A program made the translations under genes and the position numbers. A stretch of 64,000 nucleotides of DNA from assembly GCF_009914755.1 (NCBI RefSeq), contig NC_060946.1; one strand, given 5' to 3'. The notes beneath the pieces were generated by a model. That model did no database searches. It had not been told where the DNA came from and was given only the letters and a program-made list of their open reading frames with translations. This document shows positions 24,201 to 38,700 of the stretch, piece by piece. Position 1 is the stretch's first letter, and each line of letters begins with the position of its first letter. Origin of the DNA: the human T2T-CHM13v2.0 reference genome, Homo sapiens.

Positions 24201-27200
24201 TACTTTTTATACGTAATCCCGTTTCCAACGAAATCCTCCAAGCTATCCAAATATCCACTTGCAGATTCCACAGAAAGACTGTTTCAAAACTGCTCTGTCA
24301 ATAGAAAGGTTCAACTCTGTTAGCTGCGTGCATATATCCCAAAGAAGATTCTGAGATTGCTTCTGTCTAGTTTTTATGGGAAGATATTTCCCTTTTCACC
24401 GTAGGCGTCAAGGCGCTCCAAATGTCCACTTCCAGATACTACAAAAAGAGTGTTTCAAACCTACTCTGTGAAAGGGAATATTCAACTCTGTGACTTGAAT
24501 GCACATATCACAAAGAAGTTTCTGAGAATGCTTCTGTCGAGATTTTATATGAAGATATTCCCGTTTCCAACGAAATCCTGAAATCTATCCAAATATCCCC
24601 TCGCAGATTCTACAAAAAGAGTGTTTCAAAACTGCTCTGTAAAAAGAAAGGTTCAACTCTGTTAGTTGAGTACACACATCACAAACAAGTTTCACAGAAT
24701 GCTTCTTTCTAGCTTGTAGGGGAAGATATTCCCTTTATCACCATGGTCCTCCAACCGTCCGAAACGTCCACTTCCATATACTACAAAAAGAGCGTTTCAA
24801 ACCTGCTCTAGGAAAGGCAATGTTCAACTCTGTGACTTGAATGCAGACATCACAGAACAGTTTCTGAGAATGCTTCTGTCTAGATTTTATAGGAAGATAT
24901 TCCCGTTTCCAACGAAATCTTCACAGCTATCCAAATATCCACTTGCAGATTCTACAAAAAGAGTGTATCAAAACTGCTCTGTCAAAAGGAAGGTTCTTCT
25001 CTGTTAGGTGAGTGCATACGTCATAAAGGAGTTTCTGAGAATGTTTCTGTCTAGTGGTTATGGGAAGATATTTGCTTTTTCACCGTAGGCCTCAGAGCGC
25101 TCCAAATATCCACTTGCACATACTACAAAAAGAGTGCCTCAAAGCTGCTCTCTGAAACGGAATGTTCAACTCTATGAGTTGAATGCAAACATCACAAAGA
25201 CGTTTCTGAGAATGCTTCTGTCTAGATTTGATATGAAGATATTCCCGTTTCCAACGAAATCTTCAAATCTATCCAAATGTCCACTTGCAGATTCAACAAA
25301 AAGTGTTTTTCAGAACTGCTCTATCAAAAGAAAGATCCACCTCTGTTAGCTGAGTTCACACATCACAAACAAGTTTATGAGAATGCTTCTGTCTAGTTTT
25401 TATTTGAAGATATTTCCTTTCTCACCATAGACCTGAAAGCTGTCCTAATGTTCACTTCCAGATACTACAGAAAGAGTGTTTCAAAACTGCTGTACGAAAG
25501 GGAATGTTCAACTCTGTGACTTGAATGCACACATCACAAAGAAGTTTCTGAGGATGCTGCTGTCTACTTTTTATACGTAATCCCGTTTCCAACGAAATCC
25601 TCCAAGCTATCCAAATATCCACTTGCAGATTCCACAGAAAGACTGTTTCAAAACTGCTCTGTCAATAGAAAGGTTCAACTCTGTTAGCTGCGTGCATATA
25701 TCCCAAAGAAGATTCTGAGATTCCTTCTGTCTAGTTTTTATGGGAAGATATTTCCCTTTTCACCGTAGGCGTCAAGGCCCTCCAAATGTCCACTTCCAGA
25801 TACTACAAAAAGAGTGTTTCAAACCTACTCTGTGAAAGGGAATATTCAACTCTGTGACTTGAATGCACATATCACAAAGAAGTTTCTGAGAATGCTTCTG
25901 TCGAGATTTTATATGAAGATATTCCCGTTTCCAACGAAATCCTGAAATCTATCCAAATATCCCCTCGCAGATTCTACAAAAAGAGTGTTTCAAAACTGTT
26001 CTGTAAAAAGAAAGGTTCAACTCTGTTAGTTGAGTACACACATCACAAACAAGTATCACAGAATGCTTCTTTCTAGCTTGTAGGGGAAGATATTCCCTTT
26101 ATCACCATGGGCCTCAAACCGTCCGAAACGTCCACTTCCATATACTTCAAAAAGAGCGTTTCAAACCTGCTCTATGAAAGGCAATGTTCAACTCTGTGAC
26201 TTGAATGCAGACATCACAGAGCTGTTTATGAGAATGCTTCTGTCTAGATTTTATAGGATGATATTCCCGTTTCCAACGAAATCTTCACAGCTATCCAAAT
26301 ATCCACTTGCAGATTCTACAAAAAGAGTGTATCCAAACTGCTCTGGCAAAAGGAAGGTTCTTCTCTGTTAGGTGAGTGCATACGTCATAAAGGAGTTTCT
26401 GAGAATGTTTCTGTCTAGTGGTTATGGGAAGATATTTGCTTTTTCACCGTAGGCCTCAGAGCGCTCCAAATATCCACTTGCACATACTACAAAAAGAGTG
26501 CCTCAAAGCTGCTCTCTGAAATGGAATGTTCAACTCTATGAGTTGAATGCAAACATCACAAAGACGTTTCTGAGAATGCTTCTGTCTAGATTTGATATGA
26601 AGATATTCCCGTTTCCAACGAAATCTTCAAATCTATCCAAATGTCCACTTGCAGATTCAACAAAAAGTGTTTTTCAGAACTGCTCTATCAAAAGAAAGAT
26701 CCACCTCTGTTAGCTGAGTTCACACATCCAAACAAGTTTATGAGAATGCTTCTGTCTAGTTTTTATTTGAAGATATTTCCTTTCTCACCATAGACCTGAA
26801 AGCTGTCCTAATGTTCACTTCCAGATACTACAGAAAGAGTGTTTAAAAACTGCTGTACGAAAGGGAATGTTCAACTCTGTGACTTGAATGCACACATCAC
26901 AAAGAAGTTTCTGAGGATGCTGCTGTCTACTTTTTATACGTAATCCCGTTTCCAACGAAATCCTCCAAGCTATCCAAATATCCACTTGCAGATTCCACAG
27001 AAAGACTGTTTCAAAACTGCTCTGTCAATAGAAAGGTTCAACTCTGTTAGCTGCGTGCATATATCCCAAAGAAGATTCTGAGATTGCTTCTGTCTAGTTT
27101 TTATGGGAAGATATTTCCCTTTTCACCGTAGGCGTCAAGGCGCTCCAAATGTCCACTTCCAGATACTACAAAAAGAGTGTTTCAAACCTACTCTGTGAAA

Positions 27201-30200
27201 GGGAATATTCAACTCTGTGACTTTAATGCACATATCACAAAGAAGTTTCTGATAATGCTTCTGTCGAGATTTTATATGAAGATATTCCCGTTTCCAACGA
27301 AATCCTGAAATCTATCCAAATATCCCCTCGCAGATTCTACAAAAAGAGTGTTTCAAAACTGCTCTGTAAAAAGAAAGGTTCAACTCTGTTAGTTGAGTAC
27401 ACACATCACAAACAAGTTTCACAGAATGCTTCTTTCTAGCTTGTAGGGGAAGATATTCCCTTTATCACCATGGGCCTCCAACCGTCCGAAACGTCCACTT
27501 CCATATACTACAAAAAGAGCGTTTCAAACCTGCTCTATGAAAGGCAATGTTCAACTCTGTGACTTGAATGCAGACATCACAGAGCAGTTTCTGAGAATGC
27601 TTCTGTCTAGATTTTATAGGAAGATATTCCCGTTTCCAACGAAATCTTCACAGCTATCCAAATATCCACTTGCAGATTCTACAAAAAGAGTGTATCAAAA
27701 CTGCTCTGTCAAAAGGAAGGTTCTTCTCTGTTAGGTGAGTGCATACGTCATAAAGGAGTTTCTGAGAATGTTTCTGTCTAGTGGTTATGGGAAGATATTT
27801 GCTTTTTCACCGTAGGCCTCAGAGCGCTCCAAATATCCACTTGCACATACTACAAAAAGAGTGCCTCAAAGCTGCTCTTTGAAACGGAATGTTCAACTCT
27901 ATGAGTTGAATGCAAACATCACAAAGACGTTTCTGAGAATGCTTCTGTCTAGATTTGATATGAAGATATTCCCGTTTCCAACGAAATCTTCAAATCTATC
28001 CAAATGTCCACTTGCAGATTCAACAAAAAGTGTTTTTCAGAACTGCTCTATCAAAAGAAAGATCCACATCTGTTAGCTGAGTTCACACATCACAAACAAG
28101 TTTATGAGAATGCTTCTGTCTAGTTTTTATTTGAAGATATTTCCTTTCTCACCATAGACCTGAAAGCTGTCCTAATGTTCACTTCCAGATACTACAGAAA
28201 GAGTGTTTCAAAACTGCTGTATGAAAGGGAATGTTCAACTCTGTGACTTGAATGCACACATCACAAAGAAGTTTCTGAGGATGCTGCTGTCTACTTTTTA
28301 TATGTAATCCCGTTTCCAACGAAATCCTCCAAGCTATCCAAATATCCACTTGCAGATTCCACAGAAAGACTGTTTCAAAACTGCTCTGTCAATAGAAAGG
28401 TTCAACTCTGTTAGCTGCGTGCATATATCCCAAAGAAGATTCTGAGATTGCTTCTGTCTAGTTTTTATGGGAAGATATTTCCCTTTTCACCGTAGGCGTC
28501 AAGGCGCTCCAAATGTCCACTTCCAGATACTACAAAAAGAGTGTTTCAAACCTACTCTGTGAAAGGGAATATTCAACTCTGTGACTTGAATGCACATATC
28601 ACAAAGAAGTTTCTGAGAATGCTTCTGTCGAGATTTTATATGAAGATATTCCCGTTTCCAACGAAATCCTGAAATCTATCCAAATATCCCCTCGCAGATT
28701 CTACAAAAAGAGTGTTTCAAAACTGCTCTGTAAAAAGAAAGGTTCAACTCTGTTAGTTGAGTACACACATCACAAACAAGTTTCACAGAATGCTTCTTTC
28801 TAGCTTGTAGGGGAAGATATTCCCTTTATCACCATGGGCCTCCAACCGTCCGAAACGTCCACTTCCATATACTACAAAAAGAGCGTTTCAAACCTGCTCT
28901 AGGAAAGGCAATGTTCAACTCTGTGACTTGAATGCAGACATCACAGAGCAGTTTCTGAGAATGCTTCTGTCTAGATTTTATAGGAAGATATTCCCGTTTC
29001 CAACGAAATCTTCACAGCTATCCAAATATCCACTTGCAGATTCTACAAAAAGAGTGTATCAAAACTGCTCTGTCAAAAGGAAGGTTCTTCTCTGTTAGGT
29101 GAGTGCATACGTCATAAAGGAGTTTCTGAGAATGTTTCTGTCTAGTGGTTATGGGAAGATATTTGCTTTTTCACCGTAGGCCTCAGAGCGCTCCAAATAT
29201 CCACTTGCACATACTACAAAAAGAGTGCCTCAGAGCTGCTCTCTGAAACGGAATGTTCAACTCTATGAGTTGAATGCAAACATCACAAAGACGTTTCTGA
29301 GAATGCTTCTGTCTAGATTTGATATGAAGATATTCCCGTTTCCAACGAAATCTTCAAATCTATCCAAATGTCCACTTGCAGATTCAACAAAAAGTGTTTT
29401 TCAGAACTGCTCTATCAAAAGAAAGATCCACCTCTGTTAGCTGAGTTCACACATCACAAACAAGTTTATGAGAATGCTTCTGTCTAGTTTTTATTTGAAG
29501 ATATTTCCTTTCTCACCATAGACCTGAAAGCTGTCCTAATGTTCACTTCCAGATACTACAGAAAGAGTGTTTCAAAACTGCTGTACGAAAGGGAATGTTC
29601 AACTCTGTGACTTGAATGCACACATCACAAAGAAGTTTCTGAGGATGCTGCTGTCTACTTTTTATACGTAATCCCGTTTCCAACGAAATCCTCCAAGCTA
29701 TCCAAATATCCACTTGCAGATTCCACAGAAAGACTGTTTCAAAACTGCTCTGTCAATAGAAAGGTTCAACTCTGTTAGCTGCGTGCATATATCCCAAAGA
29801 AGATTCTGAGATTCCTTCTGTCTAGTTTTTATGGGAAGATATTTCCCTTTTCACCGTAGGCGTCAAGGCGCTCCAAATGTCCACTTCCAGATACTACAAA
29901 AAGAGTGTTTCAAACCTACTCTGTGAAAGGGAATATTCAACTCTGTGACTTGAATGCACATATCACAAAGAAGTTTCTGAGAATGCTTCTGTCGAGATTT
30001 TATATGAAGATATTCCCGTTTCCAACGAAATCCTGAAATCTATCCAAATATCCCCTCGCAGATTCTACAAAAAGAGTGTTTCAAAACTGTTCTGTAAAAA
30101 GAAAGGTTCAACTCTGTTAGTTGAGTACACACATCACAAACAAGTATCACAGAATGCTTCTTTCTAGCTTGTAGGGGAAGATATTCCCTTTATCACCATG

Positions 30201-33200
30201 GGCCTCAAACCGTCCGAAACGTCCACTTCCATATACTTCAAAAAGAGCGTTTCAAACCTGCTCTATGAAAGGCAATGTTCAACTCTGTGACTTGAATGCA
30301 GACATCACAGAGCTGTTTATGAGAATGCTTCTGTCTAGATTTTATAGGATGATATTCCCGTTTCCAACGAAATCTTCACAGCTATCCAAATATCCACTTG
30401 CAGATTCTACAAAAAGAGTGTATCCAAACTGCTCTGGCAAAAGGAAGGTTCTTCTCTGTTAGGTGAGTGCATACGTCATAAAGGAGTTTCTGAGAATGTT
30501 TCTGTCTAGTGGTTATGGGAAGATATTTGCTTTTTCACCGTAGGCCTCAGAGCGCTCCAAATATCCACTTGCACATACTACAAAAAGAGTGCCTCAAAGC
30601 TGCTCTCTGAAATGGAATGTTCAACTCTATGAGTTGAATGCAAACATCACAAAGACGTTTCTGAGAATGCTTCTGTCTAGATTTGATATGAAGATATTCC
30701 CGTTTCCAACGAAATCTTCAAATCTATCCAAATGTCCACTTCTATAATCAACAAAAAGTGTTTTTCAGAACTGCTCTATCAAAAGAAAGATCCACCTCTG
30801 TTAGCTGAGTTCACACATCCAAACAAGTTTATGAGAATGCTTCTGTCTAGTTTTTATTTGAAGATATTTCCTTTCTCACCATAGACCTGAAAGCTGTCCT
30901 AATGTTCACTTCCAGATACTACAGAAAGAGTGTTTAAAAACTGCTGTACGAAAGGGAATGTTCAACTCTGTGACTTGAATGCACACATCACAAAGAAGTT
31001 TCTGAGGATGCTGCTGTCTACTTTTTATACGTAATCCCGTTTCCAACGAAATCCTCCAAGCTATCCAAATATCCACTTGCAGATTCCACAGAAAGACTGT
31101 TTCAAAACTGCTCTGTCAATAGAAAGGTTCAACTCTGTTAGCTGCGTGCATATATCCCAAAGAAGATTCTGAGATTGCTTCTGTCTAGTTTTTATGGGAA
31201 GATATTTCCCTTTTCACCGTAGGTGTCAAGGCGCTCCAAATGTCCACTTCCAGATACTACAAAAAGAGTGTTTCAAACCTACTCTGTGAAAAGGAATATT
31301 CAACTCTGTGACTTTAATGCACATATCACAAAGAAGTTTCTGAGAATGCTTCTGTCGAGATTTTATATGAAGATATTCCCGTTTCCAACGAAATCCTGAA
31401 ATCTATCCAAATATCCCCTCGCAGATTCTACAAAAAGAGTGTTTCAAAACTGCTCTGTAAAAAGAAAGGTTCAACTCTGTTAGTTGAGTACACACATCAC
31501 AAACAAGTTTCACAGAATGCTTCTTTCTAGCTTGTAGGGGAAGATATTCCCTTTATCACCATGGGCCTCCAACCGTCCGAAACGTCCACTTCCATATACT
31601 ACAAAAAGAGCGTTTCAAACCTGCTCTATGAAAGGCAATGTTCAACTCTGTGACTTGAATGCAGACATCACAGAGCAGTTTCTGAGAATGCTTCTGTCTA
31701 GATTTTATAGGAAGATATTCCCGTTTCCAACGAAATCTTCACAGCTATCCAAATATCCACTTGTAGATTCTACAAAAAGAGTGTATCAAAACTGCTCTGT
31801 CAAAAGGAAGGTTCTTCTCTGTTAGGTGAGTGCATACGTCATAAAGGAGTTTCTGAGAATGTTTCTGTCTAGTGGTTATGGGAAGATATTTGCTTTTTCA
31901 CCGTAGGCCTCAGAGCGCTCCAAATATCCACTTGCACATACTACAAAAAGAGTGCCTCAAAGCTGCTCTCTGAAACGGAATGTTCAACTCTATGAGTTGA
32001 ATGCAAACATCACAAAGACGTTTCTGAGAATGCTTCTGTCTAGATTTGATATGAAGATATTCCCGTTTCCAACGAAATCTTCAAATCTATCCAAATGTCC
32101 ACTTGCAGATTCAACAAAAAGTGTTTTTCAGAACTGCTGTATCAAAAGAAAGATCCACGTCTGTTAGCTGAGTTCACACATCACAAACAAGTTTATGAGA
32201 ATGCTTCTGTCTAGTTTTTATTTGAAGATATTTCCTTTCTCACCATAGACCTGAAAGCTGTCCTAATGTTCACTTCCAGATACTACAGAAAGAGTGTTTC
32301 AAAACTGCTGTACGAAAGGGAATTTTCAACCCTGTGACTTGAATGCACACATCACAAAGAAGTTTCTGAGGATGCTGCTGTCTACTTTTTATACGTAATC
32401 CCGTTTCCAACGAAATCCTCCAAGCTATCCAAATATCCACTTGCAGATTCCACAGAAAGACTGTTTCAAAACTGCTCTGTCAATAGAAAGGTTCAACTCT
32501 GTTAGCTGCGTGCATATATCCCAAAGAAGATTCTGAGATTGCTTCTGTCTAGTTTTTATGGGAAGATATTTCCCTTTTCACCGTAGGCGTCAAGGCGCTC
32601 CAAATGTCCACTTCCAGATACTACAAAAAGAGTGTTTCAAACCTACTCTGTGAAAGGGAATATTCAACTCTGTGACTTGAATGCACATATCACAAAGAAG
32701 TTTCTGAGAATGCTTCTGTCGAGATTTTATATGAAGATATTCCCGTTTCCAACGAAATCCTGAAATCTATCCAAATATCCCCTCGCAGATTCTACAAAAA
32801 GAGTGTTTCAAAACTGCTCTGTAAAAAGAAAGGTTCAACTCTGTTAGTTGAGTACACACATCACAAACAAGTTTCACAGAATGCTTCTTTCTAGCTTGTA
32901 GGGGAAGATATTCCCTTTATCACCATGGGCCTCCAAACGTCCGAAACGTCCACTTCCATATACTACAAAAAGAGCGTTTCAAACCTGCTCTAGGAAAGGC
33001 AATGTTCAACTCTGTGACTTGAATGCAGACATCACAGAGCAGTTTCTGAGAATGCTTCTGTCTAGATTTTATAGGAAGATATTCCCGTTTCCAACGAAAT
33101 CTTCACAGCTATCCAAATATCCACTTGCAGATTCTACAAAAAGAGTGTATCAAAACTGCTCTGTCAAAAGGAAGGTTCTTCTCTGTTAGGTGAGTGCATA

Positions 33201-35721
33201 CGTCATAAAGGAGTTTCTGAGAATGTTTCTGTCTAGTGGTTATGGGAAGATATTTGCTTTTTCACCGTAGGCCTCAGAGCGCTCCAAATATCCACTTGCA
33301 CATACTACAAAAAGAGTGCCTCAGAGCTGCTCTCTGAAACGGAATGTTCAACTCTATGAGTTGAATGCAAACATCACAAAGACGTTTCTGAGAATGCTTC
33401 TGTCTAGATTTGATATGAAGATATTCCCGTTTCCAACGAAATCTTCAAATCTATCCAAATGTCCACTTGCAGATTCAACAAAAAGTGTTTTTCAGAACTG
33501 CTCTATCAAAAGAAAGATCCACCTCTGTTAGCTGAGTTCACACATCACAAACAAGTTTATGAGAATGCTTCTGTCTAGTTTTTATTTGAAGATATTTCCT
33601 TTCTCACCATAGACCTGAAAGCTGTCCTAATGTTCACTTCCAGATACTACAGAAAGAGTGTTTCAAAACTGCTGTACGAAAGGGAATGTTCAACTCTGTG
33701 ACTTGAATGCACACATCACAAAGAAGTTTCTGAGGATGCTGCTGTCTACTTTTTATACGTAATCCCGTTTCCAACGAAATCCTCCAAGCTATCCAAATAT
33801 CCACTTGCAGATTCCACAGAAAGACTGTTTCAAAACTGCTCTGTCAATAGAAAGGTTCAACTCTGTTAGCTGCGTGCATATATCCCAAAGAAGATTCTGA
33901 GATTCCTTCTGTCTAGTTTTTATGGGAAGATATTTCCCTTTTCACCGTAGGCGTCAAGGCGCTCCAAATGTCCACTTCCAGATACTACAAAAAGAGTGTT
34001 TCAAACCTACTCTGTGAAAGCGAATATTCAACTCTGTGACTTGAATGCACATATCACAAAGAAGTTTCTGAGAATGCTTCTGTCGAGATTTTATATGAAG
34101 ATATTCCCGTTTCCAACGAAATCCTGAAATCTATCCAAATATCCCCTCGCAGATTCTACAAAAAGAGTGTTTCAAAACTGCTCTGTAAAAAGAAAGGTTC
34201 AACTCTGTTAGTTGAGTACACACATCACAAACAAGTTTCACAGAATGCTTCTTTCTAGCTTGTAGGGGAAGATATTCCCTTTATCACCATGGTCCTCAAA
34301 CCGTCCGAAACGTCCACTTCCATATACTACAAAAAGAGCGTTTCAAACCTGCTCTAGGAAAGGCAATGTTCAACTCTGTGACTTGAATGCAGACATCACA
34401 GAGCAGTTTCTGAGAATGCTTCTGTCTAGATTTTATAGGAAGATATTCCCGTTTCCAACGAAATCTTCACAGCTATCCAAATATCCACTTGCAGATTCTA
34501 CAAAAAGAGTGTATCAAAACTGCTCTGTCAAAAGGAAGGTTCTTCTCTGTTAGGTGAGTGCATACGTCATAAAGGAGTTTCTGAGAATGTTTCTGTCTAG
34601 TGGTTATGGGAAGATATTTGCTTTTTCACCGTAGGCCTCAGAGCGCTCCAAATATCCACTTGCACATACTACAAAAAGAGTGCCTCAAAGCTGCTCTCTG
34701 AAACGGAATGTTCAACTCTATGAGTTGAATGCAAACATCACAAAGACGTTTCTGAGAATGCTTCTGTCTAGATTTGATATGAAGATATTCCCGTTTCCAA
34801 CGAAATCTTCAAATCTATCCAAATGTCCACTTGCAGATTCAACAAAAAGTGTTTTTCAGAACTGCTGTATCAAAAGAAAGATCCACGTCTGTTAGCTGAG
34901 TTCACACATCACAAACAAGTTTATGAGAATGCTTCTGTCTAGTTTTTATTTGAAGATATTTCCTTTCTCACCATAGACCTGAAAGCTGTCCTAATGTTCA
35001 CTTCCAGATACTACAGAAAGAGTGTTTCAAAACTGCTGTACGAAAGGGAATTTTCAACCCTGTGACTTGAATGCACACATCACAAAGAAGTTTCTGAGGA
35101 TGCTGCTGTCTACTTTTTATACGTAATCCCGTTTCCAACGAAATCCTCCAAGCTATCCAAATATCCACTTGCAGATTCCACAGAAAGACTGTTTCAAAAC
35201 TGCTCTGTCAATAGAAAGGTTCAACTCTGTTAGCTGCGTGCATATATCCCAAAGAAGATTCTGAGATTGCTTCTGTCTAGTTTTTATGGGAAGATATTTC
35301 CCTTTTCACCGTAGGCGTCAAGGCGCTCCAAATGTCCACTTCCAGATACTACAAAAAGAGTGTTTCAAACCTACTCTGTGAAAGGGAATATTCAACTCTG
35401 TGACTTGAATGCACATATCACAAAGAAGTTTCTGAGAATGCTTCTGTCGAGATTTTATATGAAGATATTCCCGTTTCCAACGAAATCCTGAAATCTATCC
35501 AAATATCCCCTCGCAGATTCTACAAAAAGAGTGTTTCAAAACTGCTCTGTAAAAAGAAAGGTTCAACTCTGTTAGTTGAGTACACACATCACAAACAAGT
35601 TTCACAGAATGCTTCTTTCTAGCTTGTAGGGGAAGATATTCCCTTTATCACCATGGGCCTCCAAACGTCCGAAACGTCCACTTCCATATACTACAAAAAG
35701 AGCGTTTCAAACCTGCTCTAG
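15265..35721 (-). repeat. Copy 1 of a 20,457-bp (15-HOR) tandem duplication (ends uncertain by about 0.9 kb)
   Basis: Rare markers recur at exactly +20457: KSGF ORF 18314/38771, LKWN ORF 26498/46955, LVDS ORF 31628/52085, KIHIC ORF 27861/48318. 20457 = 15 x 1364 - 3. Confidence 0.93.
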
Positions 35722-38700
35722 GAAAGGCAATGTTCAACTCTGTGACTTGAATGCAGACATCACAGAGCAGTTTCTGAGAATGCTTCTGTCTAGATTTTAT
35801 AGGAAGATATTCCCGTTTCCAACGAAATCTTCACAGCTATCCAAATATCCACTTGCAGATTCTACAAAAAGAGTGTATCAAAACTGCTCTGTCAAAAGGA
35901 AGGTTCTTCTCTGTTAGGTGAGTGCATACGTCATAAAGGAGTTTCTGAGAATGTTTCTGTCTAGTGGTTATGGGAAGATATTTGCTTTTTCACCGTAGGC
36001 CTCAGAGCGCTCCAAATATCCACTTGCACATACTACAAAAAGAGTGCCTCAGAGCTGCTCTCTGAAACGGAATGTTCAACTCTATGAGTTGAATGCAAAC
36101 ATCACAAAGACGTTTCTGAGAATGCTTCTGTCTAGATTTGATATGAAGATATTCCCGTTTCCAACGAAATCTTCAAATCTATCCAAATGTCCACTTGCAG
36201 ATTCAACAAAAAGTGTTTTTCAGAACTGCTCTATCAAAAGAAAGATCCACCTCTGTTAGCTGAGTTCACACATCACAAACAAGTTTATGAGAATGCTTCT
36301 GTCTAGTTTTTATTTGAAGATATTTCCTTTCTCACCATAGACCTGAAAGCTGTCCTAATGTTCACTTCCAGATACTACAGAAAGAGTGTTTCAAAACTGC
36401 TGTACGAAAGGGAATGTTCAACTCTGTGACTTGAATGCACACATCACAAAGAAGTTTCTGAGGATGCTGCTGTCTACTTTTTATACGTAATCCCGTTTCC
36501 AACGAAATCCTCCAAGCTATCCAAATATCCACTTGCAGATTCCACAGAAAGACTGTTTCAAAACTGCTCTGTCAATAGAAAGGTTCAACTCTGTTAGCTG
36601 CGTGCATATATCCCGAAGAAGATTCTGAGATTCCTTCTGTCTAGTTTTTATGGGAAGATATTTCCCTTTTCACCGTAGGCGTCAAGGCGCTCCAAATGTC
36701 CACTTCCAGATACTACAAAAAGAGTGTTTCAAACCTACTCTGTGAAAGGGAATATTCAACTCTGTGACTTGAATGCACATATCACAAAGAAGTTTCTGAG
36801 AATGCTTCTGTCGAGATTTTATATGAAGATATTCCCGTTTCCAACGAAATCCTGAAATCTATCCAAATATCCCCTCGCAGATTCTACAAAAAGAGTGTTT
36901 CAAAACTGTTCTGTAAAAAGAAAGGTTCAACTCTGTTAGTTGAGTACACACATCACAAACAAGTATCACAGAATGCTTCTTTCTAGCTTGTAGGGGAAGA
37001 TATTCCCTTTATCACCATGGGCCTCAAACCGTCCGAAACGTCCACTTCCATATACTTCAAAAAGAGCGTTTCAAACCTGCTCTATGAAAGGCAATGTTCA
37101 ACTCTGTGACTTGAATGCAGACATCACAGAGCTGTTTATGAGAATGCTTCTGTCTAGATTTTATAGGATGATATTCCCGTTTCCAACGAAATCTTCACAG
37201 CTATCCAAATATCCACTTGCAGATTCTACAAAAAGAGTGTATCCAAACTGCTCTGGCAAAAGGAAGGTTCTTCTCTGTTAAGTGAGTGCATACGTCATAA
37301 AGGAGTTTCTGAGAATGTTTCTGTCTAGTGGTTATGGGAAGATATTTGCTTTTTCACCGTAGGCCTCAGAGCGCTCCAAATATCCACTTGCACATACTAC
37401 AAAAAGAGTGCCTCAAAGCTGCTCTCTGAAATGGAATGTTCAACTCTATGAGTTGAATGCAAACATCACAAAGACGTTTCTGAGAATGCTTCTGTCTAGA
37501 TTTGATATGAAGATATTCCCGTTTCCAACGAAATCTTCAAATCTATCCAAATGTCCACTTCTATAATCAACAAAAAGTGTTTTTCAGAACTGCTCTATCA
37601 AAAGAAAGATCCACCTCTGTTAGCTGAGTTCACACATCCAAACAAGTTTATGAGAATGCTTCTGTCTAGTTTTTATTTGAAGATATTTCCTTTCTCACCA
37701 TAGACCTGAAAGCTGTCCTAATGTTCACTTCCAGATACTACAGAAAGAGTGTTTAAAAACTGCTGTACGAAAGGGAATGTTCAACTCTGTGACTTGAATG
37801 CACACATCACAAAGAAGTTTCTGAGGATGCTGCTGTCTACTTTTTATACGTAATCCCGTTTCCAACGAAATCCTCCAAGCTATCCAAATATCCACTTGCA
37901 GATTCCACAGAAAGACTGTTTCAAAACTGCTCTGTCAATAGAAAGGTTCAACTCTGTTAGCTGCGTGCATATATCCCAAAGAAGATTCTGAGATTGCTTC
38001 TGTCTAGTTTTTATGGGAAGATATTTCCCTTTTCACCGTAGGTGTCAAGGCGCTCCAAATGTCCACTTCCAGATACTACAAAAAGAGTGTTTCAAACCTA
38101 CTCTGTGAAAAGGAATATTCAACTCTGTGACTTTAATGCACATATCACAAAGAAGTTTCTGAGAATGCTTCTGTCGAGATTTTATATGAAGATATTCCCG
38201 TTTCCAACGAAATCCTGAAATCTATCCAAATATCCCCTCGCAGATTCTACAAAAAGAGTGTTTCAAAACTGCTCTGTAAAAAGAAAGGTTCAACTCTGTT
38301 AGTTGAGTACACACATCACAAACAAGTTTCACAGAATGCTTCTTTCTAGCTTGTAGGGGAAGATATTCCCTTTATCACCATGGGCCTCCAACCGTCCGAA
38401 ACGTCCACTTCCATATACTACAAAAAGAGCGTTTCAAACCTGCTCTATGAAAGGCAATGTTCAACTCTGTGACTTGAATGCAGACATCACAGAGCAGTTT
38501 CTGAGAATGCTTCTGTCTAGATTTTATAGGAAGATATTCCCGTTTCCAACGAAATCTTCACAGCTATCCAAATATCCACTTGCAGATTCTACAAAAAGAG
38601 TGTATCAAAACTGCTCTGTCAAAAGGAAGGTTCTTCTCTGTTAGGTGAGTGCATACGTCATAAAGGAGTTTCTGAGAATGTTTCTGTCTAGTGGTTATGG

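Noticed and set aside
30001-31363. Apparently exact match to 1-1363 at a round offset of 30,000 bp, suggesting a synthetic or pasted sequence
   Set aside because: The offset is an arithmetic coincidence: 22 x 1364 minus 8 one-bp-deleted units equals 30000. The following units diverge (G1629 versus T31629, then B versus D markers).
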